From: Nostoc sp.
GTDB taxonomy: Bacteria > Cyanobacteriota > Cyanobacteriia > Cyanobacteriales > Nostocaceae
Reading direction: 5' to 3'
DNA length: 64,000 bases
Assembly: GCA_036918135.1 (NCBI GenBank)
Contig: JBALDB010000046.1
Span: 96,001 to 160,000, forward strand
The notes beneath the pieces are model-generated. The model worked only from the letters and a program-made list of their open reading frames with translations, was not told the DNA's origin and did not search any database. This document shows, in pieces, positions 1-10,805 of the stretch. The position numbers and the translations under genes were made by a program. How positions within the stretch are numbered: the stretch's first letter is position 1; every line of letters starts with the position of its first letter.

Positions 1-1
1 T

Positions 2-625
2 TTGACTCAGCAAACTATTGATTCTGGGGTAAAGCCTGTACCAATTGTTTATGCTTTGCCGAGAGGAGGTGTACCAGTAGCAGCACCAATAGCACGTCTT
101 TTGGGTTGTCCGTTAACGATAGTTGTAGCAAAAAAAATTAGTCATCCAGAAAATCCAGAATTAGCAATTGGTGCAGTCACTAGTTCCGGAAATGTTCTTT
201 GGACTGAGCAAAATCTACTTTACCCCAACCATGATACGCGCTGGCAAGAACTAGCTTTAAATAAAACCATTAAGCAAGCGAAGTTATTGGAAGAGCAATT
301 AATTTCTGCTTGTCCACAGGTGAATCCAGAAGATGCGACGCTAATCTTAGTTGATGATGGCATTGCCACAGGTATGACTATGGCAGTTGCTGCTACTGCT
401 ATCAAAGCCTTTTCTCCAGCAGCAGTTTGGTTATGTACTCCAGTAGCGCCACGAAAATTATTACCCTGGTTGAACCAATGGGGCGATCGCACAATTGTCT
501 TGAACGCACCAGAAACTTTCTGGAGTGTGAGTAATTTTTACCTACACTTTCCTCAAGTGGAGATATTAGAAGTTATCGCGTATCTCCAGCAACAAAAAAG
601 AATCGGCATGAATTTGAGCGAGTAA
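2..625 (+). CDS. Type I phosphoribosyltransferase family protein, 5'-truncated by the window edge
   Basis: Motifs ALPRGGVPVA and LILVDDGIATGMT (PRPP-binding); frame is open from the window start. Confidence 0.85.
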   Translation: MTQQTIDSGVKPVPIVYALPRGGVPVAAPIARLLGCPLTIVVAKKISHPENPELAIGAVTSSGNVLWTEQNLLYPNHDTRWQELALNKTIKQAKLLEEQLISACPQVNPEDATLILVDDGIATGMTMAVAATAIKAFSPAAVWLCTPVAPRKLLPWLNQWGDRTIVLNAPETFWSVSNFYLHFPQVEILEVIAYLQQQKRIGMNLSE

Positions 626-1383
626 TTTTTAGTTTTTTATTTTCTTGCAAGAATTCCTGGAGCATAAGCCTCAATAACTTTGCCAGTAAGAGTGCAACTA
701 ATCATCAAGTAGTCACAACTTGGGCATTGTGTCCGAGTTAAGTGATTATCAGTAATATAATAACGCTCAGCTTGGCTACCACAATTTGGGCAGTAAATCT
801 TTTGTACTGTCTGCATTTTAAAACCTCTAGTTTTAATTATTTTTATTTAAAAAAGTTACTAGTTAAACCAGCAAAATTTCTGGTTCGACCCAACTTAACA
901 AACTGTTGTGAGATTGACTAATTATTTTAAACAAAACTTTATGTTTAAAAAATTTTGGATATCTTTAATCTATTATTATAAAGTTTACGTGATTTTACCC
1001 TCCTACTTTAGATACATAAAATAGTTTTTTAATAGATTTTATTTAGAGATTGAGTGATCCCTATGGTTAATCCCTTGAGAGAGACTAATTTTTAGTTCTT
1101 TAAGACAAAAACAAGAAAAGCCTTGATTCTAATATTCAAAAATTAAAACTTCAAAAATACTGTATCTTTAGTTACAAAATCTCTGTCTTAAGATTTAGTT
1201 CATATTTACGAATAAAATTTATGAGATTAAAGGTTATGTTGCAAAAACTAGGATTGGTCTGATAAAAATGTAGTTGTGTCAACAGTCTTGTCTCAAAGTT
1301 ATACCAATTTGAAAAAAGAATGCGACAGATACATACGGACATACCTTTGTTCTGTCCGGCTTTCTTAATGCGTGAATTTTGCC

Positions 1384-1421
1384 GAAAGTCTGAGCGGAGG
1401 TTTCCTCCGATCGGAACTTTC
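1384..1421. repeat. Small dispersed hairpin repeat (CGGAGGTTTCCTCCG module)
   Basis: GAAAGT...ACTTTC arms enclose CGGAGG-TTT-CCTCCG; the same module occurs near 23830-23857 and, reversed, at 41352-41378. Confidence 0.65.
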
Positions 1422-1636
1422 CAAGACGAATTTTGAATTGGTATTAGTCTGTTGATGAACTGCAAAGAAGCGTTAACAACGTGCAAAGCATGAGATGCTC
1501 CGCCCTCGATTGTTTCCGATAGGAGATCGTCCTGCTATGTGTGCAGTAATACTTGAGATATTCACTCTCGGCTCGTCACTTTCAACAAATGATGCAACGG
1601 GCACTATTGGTAGCCACAACACCAACTAGACTCAAC

Positions 1637-1666
1637 AATAGAGCTTTTGACATCAAAAGCTCTATT
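1637..1666. terminator. Perfect inverted repeat downstream of uvrC, probable (possibly bidirectional) terminator
   Basis: AATAGAGCTTTTGA-CA-TCAAAAGCTCTATT, 14-bp arms, about 30 nt past the uvrC stop. Confidence 0.6.
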
Positions 1667-1694
1667 TTGCTGTATGCATATCTTTTTACCCATA

Positions 1695-3572
1695 TCAAGA
1701 TGGGTGAAAATAATCGTAAATATCTTGAGCCAAACGCGGCCCGATTCCAGAAACTTCCGCTAGTTGTGTAGTTGTCGCTTGTCGAATATAGTCAACTGAG
1801 CGAAAATGCGCTAGTAGCTGCTTTTGTCGATGATGTCCTAAACCAGGAATTTCATCTAAACGCGATCGCTTTAATTTATCACTGCGTTGCTGACGATGGA
1901 AACTTACTGCAAACCGATGCGCTTCATCTCGCAGTCGCCGCAACAGCTGTACTCCTGGTTGTTCTGCGTCAGTAGTTAAAGGTTTAGATTCTCCTGGTAA
2001 AAAAATCTCTTCTCGCTGCTTCGCTAAACTAACAACTCGCAAGTCTTCTAATAAATTCATTTCCTGCAAAACAGCAACAACTGATGATAATTGACCTTTA
2101 CCACCATCAATCATAATTAAATCGGGCCAGTCAGGATTACCTAAACGTGCTAATTGTCGATCCTCAGCATACTTGCGAAATCGACGCTGAATAACTTCTG
2201 CAAGACTAGCAAAATCATCTGAATGTCCGGCTGTAACGGTAGGATTTTTGATTTTGTAGTGGCGATAGTGCTGCTTAGCGGGTAAACCGTCGATAAATAC
2301 AACTTGTGAAGCTACAGCATTTGAACCTTGAATGTGGGAAATGTCATAACCTTCAATGCGGTGAGGTACATCTGGTAAATCGAGGATAGCGGCTAAATCT
2401 TGCATTGCTTGGTGGTTGCGATCGCCTAATTTTTGCATTCTTTGCAATTCATACTGGGCATTTCGCTCTACCATCTCTATTAATTCTGCCTTAGTTTGCC
2501 GCAAAGGAGCCAAAATCGTCACTTTTTTACCTTTACGTCCACTCAAAACATCTGCCAATATTTCTGTATCTGGTAACTCGTGCTGTACCAAAATTTCTGT
2601 GGGTATTTCCACTGAATCAGCAGTTTGGTAATGTTCCTCTAAGGCTCGTTGTAAAATCGCCCCTGGTTCTGCATGAGCATCCGCAACAAACGCTAAGCGT
2701 CCTACCAATTGTCCCGCGCGAATCTGGAATAGTTGAATGCAAGCGTGTTGTGCGTCGGCTGCCAAGGCGATCGCATCCCGCGAAACTGTATCATCTGGTA
2801 AGGATACTTTTTGGTCAGCTGTCAGCGACTTTAACCCAGAAATTTGATCGCGAATTCGCGCCGCTGACTCAAAGTTCAAGTCCTCAGCAGCAGCGTTCAT
2901 TTGTTGGGTCAAAATATCAATCAACTCTTGAGTCCGACCTTGGAAGACCATCGCTATTTTTTGCACAATTTTGCGATATTCTTCTGGTGAAATCATTTGT
3001 TGACAGACACCTGGACAACGCCCTAAATCATAATTCAAACAAGGACGGTCTTTGAAAAGCGGTTGAGGTCGTTGTCGCTGGGGAAAGATACGCTTGCACA
3101 AGCGTAAAACTTCTCGCAACAGACCAGCATCAGTATAGGGGCCATAAAATTTATCCTTTTCTTTGCCTAATTGGCGTTTCCGGGTGATAAAAATCCGTGG
3201 ATAGTCTTCTGACCATGTGATGCAGAGATACGGATATTTTTTATCATCTTTGAGCAGCACATTAAAGTATGGTTGGTGCTGCTTAATCAAGTTAGCTTCC
3301 AGCGCCAACGCTTCCGCTTCAGTGTCAGTGACAATGAATTCAATTTCTGTCACTAATTTTACCATTGTCGCGATGCGTTCGCTTTTGTTGTAACCATCTC
3401 GGAAATATGAACGCACACGCGATCGCAACTTACGCGATTTACCTATATATATAATGCGATCGCTTTTGTCCCGCATGAAATAAACCCCCGGTTCCGGTGG
3501 AATTTCCGCTAGACGGCTTTCTAGTCGTTCTGGCTCTTTAACCAGTGATAGTATTTGAGTCGATATTGTCAC
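1695..3572 (-). CDS. uvrC: Excinuclease ABC subunit C
   Basis: GIY-YIG (PGVYFM...IIYIGKS), UVR domain, [28 protein letters not shown] and C-terminal HhH; GTG at 3572 preferred over the ORF-track start 3743. Confidence 0.97.
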   Translation of the reverse strand: MTISTQILSLVKEPERLESRLAEIPPEPGVYFMRDKSDRIIYIGKSRKLRSRVRSYFRDGYNKSERIATMVKLVTEIEFIVTDTEAEALALEANLIKQHQPYFNVLLKDDKKYPYLCITWSEDYPRIFITRKRQLGKEKDKFYGPYTDAGLLREVLRLCKRIFPQRQRPQPLFKDRPCLNYDLGRCPGVCQQMISPEEYRKIVQKIAMVFQGRTQELIDILTQQMNAAAEDLNFESAARIRDQISGLKSLTADQKVSLPDDTVSRDAIALAADAQHACIQLFQIRAGQLVGRLAFVADAHAEPGAILQRALEEHYQTADSVEIPTEILVQHELPDTEILADVLSGRKGKKVTILAPLRQTKAELIEMVERNAQYELQRMQKLGDRNHQAMQDLAAILDLPDVPHRIEGYDISHIQGSNAVASQVVFIDGLPAKQHYRHYKIKNPTVTAGHSDDFASLAEVIQRRFRKYAEDRQLARLGNPDWPDLIMIDGGKGQLSSVVAVLQEMNLLEDLRVVSLAKQREEIFLPGESKPLTTDAEQPGVQLLRRLRDEAHRFAVSFHRQQRSDKLKRSRLDEIPGLGHHRQKQLLAHFRSVDYIRQATTTQLAEVSGIGPRLAQDIYDYFHPS

Positions 3573-3989
3573 AACCAAAATTAGGTAATCTTTCTCTATT
3601 TTAAGAAAAATTATTTTTTCTTGCCGATTTAATGAAGTATTCTCAAGTAAATATACAGTAGCTAGGCTTTTAGTCCACACATAGAGAAGTCTGAGTCGAG
3701 GAAATCTCGATCCAGAACTTAGACATAGTTTGTGTAACTGCAAATTTAATCTTCAGTAGTTGTCCTCAGAAAAACTTGATTTTTTTCCATTTATGCTTAA
3801 CATTTTATATTTCTATTTTGTTTAGATAAAAAGTATTGTAGTTTCTTGACTCTGTTCAATTTATATATTTTTATGTAACTCACTCATTTTTAGAAGTTTT
3901 AATATTAAGCAAATTAACGGATTTAGTAACTGAAATTTACGTTTATTATTGGAAATCTAACTATTACAATAATTTCCGAAAAATGAATT

Positions 3990-4169
3990 ATGAATCTGCA
4001 AGATTTTGAAGCCCAGTACCGTGAGGATATCGCGGAAACGCTCAACGATCTGCAAACAGCAGTTTTATTATTAGCAGAGGCTCAAAGTAAAATTTATCAA
4101 ATTGGCAATTCTGTGCAAAATCTCAGTCAACGTGTTGAAGAGTTTATTGCTGAGCAAAAAGTAGAATAA
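3990..4169 (+). CDS. Small hypothetical coiled-coil-like protein, 59 aa (below ORF-track cutoff)
   Basis: ATG 3990 to TAA 4167-4169: MNLQDFEAQYREDIAETLNDLQTAVLLLAEAQSKIYQIGNSVQNLSQRVEEFIAEQKVE; heptad pattern and higher GC than the flanks. Confidence 0.7.
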   Translation: MNLQDFEAQYREDIAETLNDLQTAVLLLAEAQSKIYQIGNSVQNLSQRVEEFIAEQKVE

Positions 4170-4190
4170 ATATGTATCCAGTAGAAAAGT

Positions 4191-4613
4191 TTATCTGTGG
4201 TAACAACTAAACTCTTTATCAATTGTCAAGATAAGATCCTTGAGTTTTAGAGGTTTGACAAAATAGTGACGTGCGCCCAAACTCAGAGCTAATTCTCGAT
4301 CTGCTTTGAAAGCAAAGGCTGAAACCACAATAATAGGTATTTTTAACAAATCCGGTTTTTGCTGGACTTGTTTTAAGAGTGAATAACCATCAATATCTGG
4401 CAATTTCAAATCGAGTAACATTAAATCTGGCCGGAATTTCTCGATAGTTGAGAAAAAAGCAGAACCTTCTGATAAGCTGTGGACATCGTACCCACAATAA
4501 CTTAAGTAGTCACTCAGCAACATCCTATTGAGCTCGTGGTCTTCGATTAATAAAATTCGTCTAGCTTGATTTGAACGGAATTGGGGATTTATGTTCAGTA
4601 ATTGTGCTGTCAT
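4191..4613 (-). CDS. Single-domain response regulator (CheY/DivK-like)
   Basis: ILLIEDH, DLMLLDLKLPDIDG (phospho-acceptor Asp), VVSA, FVKP. Confidence 0.92.
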   Translation of the reverse strand: MTAQLLNINPQFRSNQARRILLIEDHELNRMLLSDYLSYCGYDVHSLSEGSAFFSTIEKFRPDLMLLDLKLPDIDGYSLLKQVQQKPDLLKIPIIVVSAFAFKADRELALSLGARHYFVKPLKLKDLILTIDKEFSCYHR

Positions 4614-5071
4614 TGCTATCTATCATCATTTTTAGTTACAAGTCAATTATTGCCAGATGAATTATTAAATCAATAAAAATTTAAGTTATATAATATACTA
4701 AATAAAATTATAATTCACTAAATTTACTTATATTGGTATAATTAATCATATTATCTTAAAATGAAATAATAATAAAAAATTAAGCTTTTCTTCACAAAGT
4801 CTTTATTATTAATAATATCAAATAGTTTGCTGCTAGGGTAGAGGGGTTTTTGTTGCTCATCTGCATAGATTCGGGAATATAACTAATTAGCTGGACACGT
4901 TCTCAAATAGGAGTTTTAATATGATGTCCGAGAAATCACCCGTAATATGTCTGAAGTGAGTGAAACGACGCAATCAATACGTTTTTGGGATTGCTTGCTA
5001 CGGTCGCAATAACGGTTATTTGAGTGGACACGATATAACCTATCATCTGATAATTGGAAGCAAATATTCAT

Positions 5072-5094
5072 AAAAAAGGGAGCTAATAGCCCCC
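5072..5094 (-). terminator. Intrinsic terminator of the PEP-CTERM gene
   Basis: Minus strand GGGGGCT-ATT-AGCTCCC followed by T6, 30 nt after the stop. Confidence 0.65.
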
Positions 5095-5124
5095 TAATCA
5101 TTTTGTAGACTTGCATCCACTATT

Positions 5125-6183
5125 TCAAATAGATACTTTTTTTATTTGGCGTCGGGTAGTAAAGATACCAGCAACACCCAGCAGACCAAGTATTACCGAT
5201 GGTTCTGGGACTGATTTTGGAGGAGTCGGAGCAATGTAATCTGGAGTCTTCCAGGTGTAATAGGCGCTGTATGATACACCATCATCGGATGCTGTAATTC
5301 CAGATGCAGTGGAGTTAAAGCTATAGGCATAATAGGTTTTATTACCAGTAACAACCTTAGCAATTTCACTAGCTCCGATTTCACCTTGGTAAACCTTTAA
5401 TGCCGCTTGGAAGTTGAGTAAGTCTTTGAACGATGTCAGTTGAGTTATTTGAGTTTGTAGCGTTAGTTTCGTAGCAGCAGAAGTTAGAGGCAAGTTCGCC
5501 AGTAATTGAAGTGATGAAATCTTAGCGCTAACATCTGAAGCGGTTACTAGAGTTATATCTTTATCACCGAATAGTGATTTCAGTGTAGTTGTACTAGTCA
5601 CTGCTATTGGTGTAGTATACGCAGCATTCAGCTTAGTAGTAAGTGTCTCTGAGAGTTTAGTCTTCACATCCAAGTGACCAACCAACGCCAGTTCCACACC
5701 GCCATTTTGACCGAATTGGAAGCTACCAACGTTCGGGTCTCCCATCCCTAGTAAAGGAAAATAACTCGTTACTAATGATTGGGTAGTAGCTGAAAACCCA
5801 TTCCATACTGACTTGAATGGAGTATAAGTACTCAATAAATCACCCAACCACTGGGAACCAAAACTATTCCAGTCATCAGCAGTAACACTGCTAACGGTAG
5901 CACTGTAGTTTCCTTGGGTAGCGGTGAAACCTACATTAGAAGTAGGATTTTCGGTACTATACCAAAGTTCGACGTTAGAAGAGGGATTACTATCACTCAA
6001 GGCTTTGGAGGCGGCTACAGTATCATTTGCTTTGAATGTGCCATTTGACCCACCAGTATAGGTTCTAATTTCATTAGGGTTGTTGAAACTAAAAGATGTA
6101 GCGTGTGCAGGAGCAGTGGCAAGAGCGCTCACACCAATAGCAATTGATGCACCAATCACAAGTTTCTGAAAAGTCATCTTCAT
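5125..6183 (-). CDS. Secreted PEP-CTERM sorting domain protein
   Basis: Signal peptide ending APAHA, Ser/Thr-rich body, C-terminal VPEPS + TM helix + basic tail; ATG at 6183. Confidence 0.93.
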   Translation of the reverse strand: MKMTFQKLVIGASIAIGVSALATAPAHATSFSFNNPNEIRTYTGGSNGTFKANDTVAASKALSDSNPSSNVELWYSTENPTSNVGFTATQGNYSATVSSVTADDWNSFGSQWLGDLLSTYTPFKSVWNGFSATTQSLVTSYFPLLGMGDPNVGSFQFGQNGGVELALVGHLDVKTKLSETLTTKLNAAYTTPIAVTSTTTLKSLFGDKDITLVTASDVSAKISSLQLLANLPLTSAATKLTLQTQITQLTSFKDLLNFQAALKVYQGEIGASEIAKVVTGNKTYYAYSFNSTASGITASDDGVSYSAYYTWKTPDYIAPTPPKSVPEPSVILGLLGVAGIFTTRRQIKKVSI

Positions 6184-6562
6184 TTTTTTCAAGTCTCTGT
6201 CAGTTTGAAAGTTAAGGTTTAAACTATTGCTGTTTCTAGGCTTGGACTGTCTTAGCTACAGGCTTTTTGGCAATACTGCTGCTTAAAAACACAATTTGTA
6301 TTGTTAGCCATCTCTGGTAGCTGAATGTACAAACCCAGTTTAAGAAATGGGAGACTTAATTAGGTGAAGTTCCTGTGGATTATCAATAAATTGATGACAA
6401 ATATTTTTCTATCCTTATAAGTATAATTATGTGATTAGAACAAAAATTAAAGTAAAAAAACATACATTTATTAGAAATTGTAATATATGTATTTTTAGGG
6501 TAGGACAGCACAACTGCACTACCCCAGGTAAAAAATGCTTGGCGTTGAGTTTGAAAACAAGT

Positions 6563-7801
6563 TTAGTTGAGGAACTTAGCCATTCTTTCCACAGCAGTTT
6601 CTAACAAAGATGGCTCATGTACCAAGGCAAAGCGGACATACCCTTCCCCGGATTTACCAAAACCCGCACCTGGGGAAGCAGCTACACCAGTTTGTTTGAC
6701 TAGCTGGGTGCAAAATTCTATGGAGTTTTGACTCCAAGCAGAAGGCAACTTTGCCCAGATGTACATTGTGGCGTGGGGAGTGGGAACATTCCAGCCAATG
6801 CGATGTAGAGCAGCAATAAAAGCATCACGGCGTTGCTGGAAGGTAGCGACAGCAGTATTGACTCCAATTTGAGGCCCAGTCAAGGCAGCGATCGCCCCAT
6901 TCAAAATACCCCGATATTGGTTAAAATCAACAGCGGCTTTGACTTGGCGTAAAGCGTTAATCAACTGAGCATTGCCGATGGCGTAGCCAATACGGAAGCC
7001 GCCCATATTGTAGGACTTGGAAAGAGTGAAAAATTCAATGGAGATGCTTTTGTCTGGATCGGCTTGCAAAATTGAAGGTACTAGGGACTGAGTATTATGT
7101 ATTGGGTATTGGGAAAACTCTTTCTCAGTCGCCAGTCCCGAATCCCCAGTCCCTGCAAATACTAAATCCACGTAAGGGAAATCGTGAACTAAGGCGAGAT
7201 TATGTTGCTGACAAAAGGCGACAGCTTCTTGGAAAAAAGATAAAGGAGCGATCGCAGCAGTAGGATTGTGAGGATAACTCAACACCATCATCCGCGATTG
7301 AGCCAAGACTGGGGCGGGAATATCGGCAAATACTGGTAAAAAGCCATTTTCTGCGCGTAATGGCATTGGATAGATTTGCCCGCTAGCGAGGTAAACTCCT
7401 CCAGCATGGGAGGGGTAACCGGGATCGAGTAACAGCGCAAAATCTCCTGGATTGAGCAATGCTAGAGGTAAATGGGCTGTGCCTTCTTGAGAACCAATTA
7501 GAGGTAGTACTTCAGTTTGAGGATCGACTCTGATACCAAATTTTTGTTCATACCAATTAGCTGCGGCTTCGCGAAAGCCTTGAGTACCATTAAATAACAG
7601 ATAGCCGTGGGTAGTAGGATCGCCAAGAGATTGGGCGATCGCTTCAATGACATGTGCTTCGGCTGGTAAATCAGAAGACCCCAAGGATAAATCAATTAAC
7701 TGTTGTCCAGCTGCCAAGGCAAGTGCTTTGGCTCTGTCCATATCAGCAAATACATTCAATTGTAGAGGTTGTAAACGTTTTGCAAACTGTATATTAGTCA
7801 T
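6563..7801 (-). CDS. dapL: Class I/II PLP aminotransferase, LL-diaminopimelate aminotransferase-like
   Basis: LIGSQEG, YPHNPT, HDFPY, TLSKSYNMGGFRIG (PLP Lys), GEGYVRFAL; exact substrate is inferred. Confidence 0.8.
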   Translation of the reverse strand: MTNIQFAKRLQPLQLNVFADMDRAKALALAAGQQLIDLSLGSSDLPAEAHVIEAIAQSLGDPTTHGYLLFNGTQGFREAAANWYEQKFGIRVDPQTEVLPLIGSQEGTAHLPLALLNPGDFALLLDPGYPSHAGGVYLASGQIYPMPLRAENGFLPVFADIPAPVLAQSRMMVLSYPHNPTAAIAPLSFFQEAVAFCQQHNLALVHDFPYVDLVFAGTGDSGLATEKEFSQYPIHNTQSLVPSILQADPDKSISIEFFTLSKSYNMGGFRIGYAIGNAQLINALRQVKAAVDFNQYRGILNGAIAALTGPQIGVNTAVATFQQRRDAFIAALHRIGWNVPTPHATMYIWAKLPSAWSQNSIEFCTQLVKQTGVAASPGAGFGKSGEGYVRFALVHEPSLLETAVERMAKFLN

Positions 7802-7804
7802 TTT

Positions 7805-8064
7805 TCCTCTCTTACAAAGTTCTGCTCGCCGGAAGCCGACACACCCTGCAGGAAGCCGCAGAAGCGTCTACAGACTTTGCGCTTGGTCATTTATCCTTTA
7901 TCGTCTCTTACAAAGTTGAGCCAGTCCGTTGTCTGTTTTCCCACGCTTAAAGGAAGTGCCATTGAGCCACTGCATTGGACGGGTTTCCTCAGCAGCGATA
8001 CAATTGGCGTTTGTTCCCCTTTGGCGCTGGCTTTGCCCTAGCTGGTGACTTTGCGCTTTGTCAT
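7805..8064. repeat. Two tandem copies (7805-7890, 7901-8064) of a modular small dispersed repeat
   Basis: Each begins TCTCTTACAAAGT and ends GACTTTGCGCTT(G/T)GTCAT with different internal modules; same ends at 23823-23928 (reverse) and 41281-41390. Confidence 0.8.
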
Positions 8065-8106
8065 TCATCAGTTACCAATGACTGACTAATGACCAATAAC
8101 TATTAA

Positions 8107-8442
8107 CTAATTACTATCTAAATGCTTAGCTAGAAGGCTGAGTAATTTTTCTTTACCAATGACTCCCTCAGTGGATTCTAGTAGTTTGTCTCCTTGAATT
8201 AGCCTAAGGGCGGGGACACCTTCCACTTGATACCGCTTAACTGTGTCTGGATTGGGGTCAATTTCTATTTTAACGACTTTGAGGCGATCGCTATAAGCAC
8301 TAGCAGCCGAGTTAATTACGGGGGACATTAATTGACAAGGCCCACACCAAGAAGCCCAAAAGTAAACTAATACAGGCTGCTCGGCTTTTAACACTTCGGT
8401 TTCAAAATCAGCATCAGTTATGGTGATTACAGCCTTACTCAT
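8107..8442 (-). CDS. Thioredoxin
   Basis: WASWCGPC active site, GVP cis-Pro motif; ATG 8442 (alternative 8454). Confidence 0.93.
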   Translation of the reverse strand: MSKAVITITDADFETEVLKAEQPVLVYFWASWCGPCQLMSPVINSAASAYSDRLKVVKIEIDPNPDTVKRYQVEGVPALRLIQGDKLLESTEGVIGKEKLLSLLAKHLDSN

Positions 8443-8819
8443 TGCAGTCTCCATCAGGTGGCGATCGAAGTTGGCACACACAATACTCTATCCCAAACTG
8501 AGTCCTGAGTCATCGAACTTCTAATCTCAGTATGCCTGAAGCTTCAAAGTTCATGCCCTGTGCTGAGAAAATAGTACACCTCGTCGTAGGGGCACAACAT
8601 CGATCGTTGGTTTGCCTTACTTCTATTGTTCATTCAAATGAGAATTGCTATAGATTCAAGCTAAAGTGAAATGTAAATATTACTAGGCTGATGCAAGTTA
8701 AGACAGCCAAACAATAGCGCCTGGATATCACTCTGTTTAATTATCAGAATCGAGGTGCAATTCTTTTGCCAAGAGGCTGCGCCGATGGGTGCAGAATATT
8801 TACACTGTTGCCGAAAATT

Positions 8820-10049
8820 ATGGATAATTTCCCAGTGGTTGCTCAAATAGATGCATCCCTAGCCAATTTCCCTCACGAAAATACACTTATCATGCGGCCT
8901 AATACCGACTCAGATTCACCACCAAAGGAAAAAGTAGGAACTGACTTTGACTCTTACATGATGCGGCGGTGTTTGGAACTTGCTCGCCGCGCTTTAGGGC
9001 GTACTTCACCAAATCCGTTAGTGGGAGCGGTGATTGTCAAAGATGGGGAGATTGTTGGGGAAGGGTTTCATCCTCGTGCAGGTGAGCCTCATGCAGAAGT
9101 GTTTGCCTTGAAAGCAGCAGGGGTTCGGGCCCAAGGCGCAACAATCTATGTTAGCCTTGAACCTTGCAATCATTACGGACGCACTCCCCCTTGTTCGGAA
9201 GCCTTGATTAAAGCAGGGGTGGCAAAGGTGGTAGTAGGTATGGTCGATCCCAATCCACTCGTCGGTGGAGGCGGTATTGCCCGTTTACGTGCGGCGGGGG
9301 TCGAAGTGGTGGTAGGAGTCGAACAGGAAGCTTGTCGTCAGCTAAATGAAGGTTTTGTTCATCGCATTCTCTACAATCGACCTTTGGGAATTTTAAAATA
9401 TGCCATGACTTTAGATGGCAAAATTGCTACTACCTCTGGTCATAGCGCTTGGGTAACAAGCCAAGACTCCCGGACTGAAGTACATCAGCTGCGGGCGGCT
9501 TGTGATGCTGTAATTGTCGGTGGTAATACGGTACGACTAGATAATCCTTATTTAACTAGCCATCACTCAGGGTCTCATAATCCCCTGCGGGTGGTAATGA
9601 GCCGCTATCTTAACTTACCGGAAAATGCTCACTTGTGGCAAACTGCGGATGCTCCAACTTTGGTGTTGACACAGGAGGGTGCTAACCCTGATTTTCAAGA
9701 ACTGTTGCGAAAACTTGGGGTGGAGGTAGTGGAATTCACATCACTTACACCAGATAAAGCAATGGCGTATTTATATGAGCGGGGTTTTTGTAGTGTGTTG
9801 TGGGAGTGTGGTAGTACTTTAGCTGCTAGTGCGATCGCTCAAGGAGCAGTGCAAAAAGTCTTAGCATTTATTGCCCCAAAAATCATTGGTGGTAGCATTG
9901 CTCCTACGCCTGTGGGCGATTTAGGTTTTACCACCATGACTCAGGCACTATCTTTAGAACGCGTTCGTTGGCGTGTAGTAGGCTCCGACTGCTTAGTGGA
10001 AGGTTATTTCCGCCAAACCAGTCAATCATCACAAGCAATCAAGAGTTAG
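8820..10049 (+). CDS. ribD: Bifunctional riboflavin biosynthesis deaminase/reductase RibD
   Basis: PNPLVGAV, HAE, LEPCNHYGRTPPC zinc motifs, LKYAMTLDGKIA reductase domain; ATG 8820. Confidence 0.97.
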   Translation: MDNFPVVAQIDASLANFPHENTLIMRPNTDSDSPPKEKVGTDFDSYMMRRCLELARRALGRTSPNPLVGAVIVKDGEIVGEGFHPRAGEPHAEVFALKAAGVRAQGATIYVSLEPCNHYGRTPPCSEALIKAGVAKVVVGMVDPNPLVGGGGIARLRAAGVEVVVGVEQEACRQLNEGFVHRILYNRPLGILKYAMTLDGKIATTSGHSAWVTSQDSRTEVHQLRAACDAVIVGGNTVRLDNPYLTSHHSGSHNPLRVVMSRYLNLPENAHLWQTADAPTLVLTQEGANPDFQELLRKLGVEVVEFTSLTPDKAMAYLYERGFCSVLWECGSTLAASAIAQGAVQKVLAFIAPKIIGGSIAPTPVGDLGFTTMTQALSLERVRWRVVGSDCLVEGYFRQTSQSSQAIKS

Positions 10050-10204
10050 AATTGGCGAATTCAGTAATTATACTTGTATGAATATATAGCAGTTGGTAGG
10101 TAGCTTAGGACATAAACTGATGATAAAATCCGGAGATTAAGAGACTTTTAAGCCTGTTTCCTATTACCTGTTCCCTGCTATAATCCTTGGCGATTTTGCT
10201 TCGA

Positions 10205-10420
10205 TTAACACTGACGTTCATGAGCAATATCACGTATGAGTGCTAGCCGAGATTGAATGTACTGGCACAGAAAATCAGTTTCGTTGGAATTTAACAAAAT
10301 TTGCATTTCGGTTTGTTTTACCAACCACTGCACCAAGCTAGCATCATCGAGTTGTAAGAGGATCTTAGCTTGGGCGGTTTCGACTACAGACCAAAGCTGA
10401 CGCATAATTGTAGGAGTCAT
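10205..10420 (-). CDS. Small hypothetical protein, 71 aa
   Basis: ATG with upstream GAGG; helical sequence resembling a conserved cyanobacterial hypothetical family (from memory, not searched). Confidence 0.75.
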   Translation of the reverse strand: MTPTIMRQLWSVVETAQAKILLQLDDASLVQWLVKQTEMQILLNSNETDFLCQYIQSRLALIRDIAHERQC

Positions 10421-10761
10421 CAGACCTCAATAGAATCATTAGCTTAGCTGTTTTTAGATTACACAATTTTGAGCGCACTTTACTACATGAATGTAGAAGC
10501 TGAGACAAGTATTATTAAAAAGTTAATAATGCTATTTATAACTTTATGAAGATTCAGAATCTAAAACTCTGTTTTGAAAATTGGGCATAGGGCATAGGGT
10601 GTAGGAAATAGCGAAGACTGAATTTTTTAAATTTAGTTCCAAAATCTAGAATATAAATTTACTAATCTTAAAATTAGATTTTTGTACTTATAAACACTGA
10701 AATATGTTGAATTAAACCCTAGAAAGCCAATTTTATATAAGCTTTAGTTGAATTATTTATT

Positions 10762-10805
10762 TGTATTGTAGAATACAAAACTCTGAAAAATTCAGAATCT
10801 ACAAT
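10762..10805 (+). promoter_or_regulatory. Candidate NtcA box with downstream -10 element
   Basis: TGTA-TTGTAGAA-TACA (GTA-N8-TAC, 10763-10776) and TACAAT at 10800-10805, 23 nt downstream. Confidence 0.35.

Noticed and set aside
3573..3743. N-terminal extension of UvrC given in the ORF track
   Set aside because: AT-rich, non-protein-like sequence; the GTG at 3572 gives a typical length. The same reasoning was used to trim ribD, ndhE, thioredoxin, GT39, the MCP and the GH63 gene
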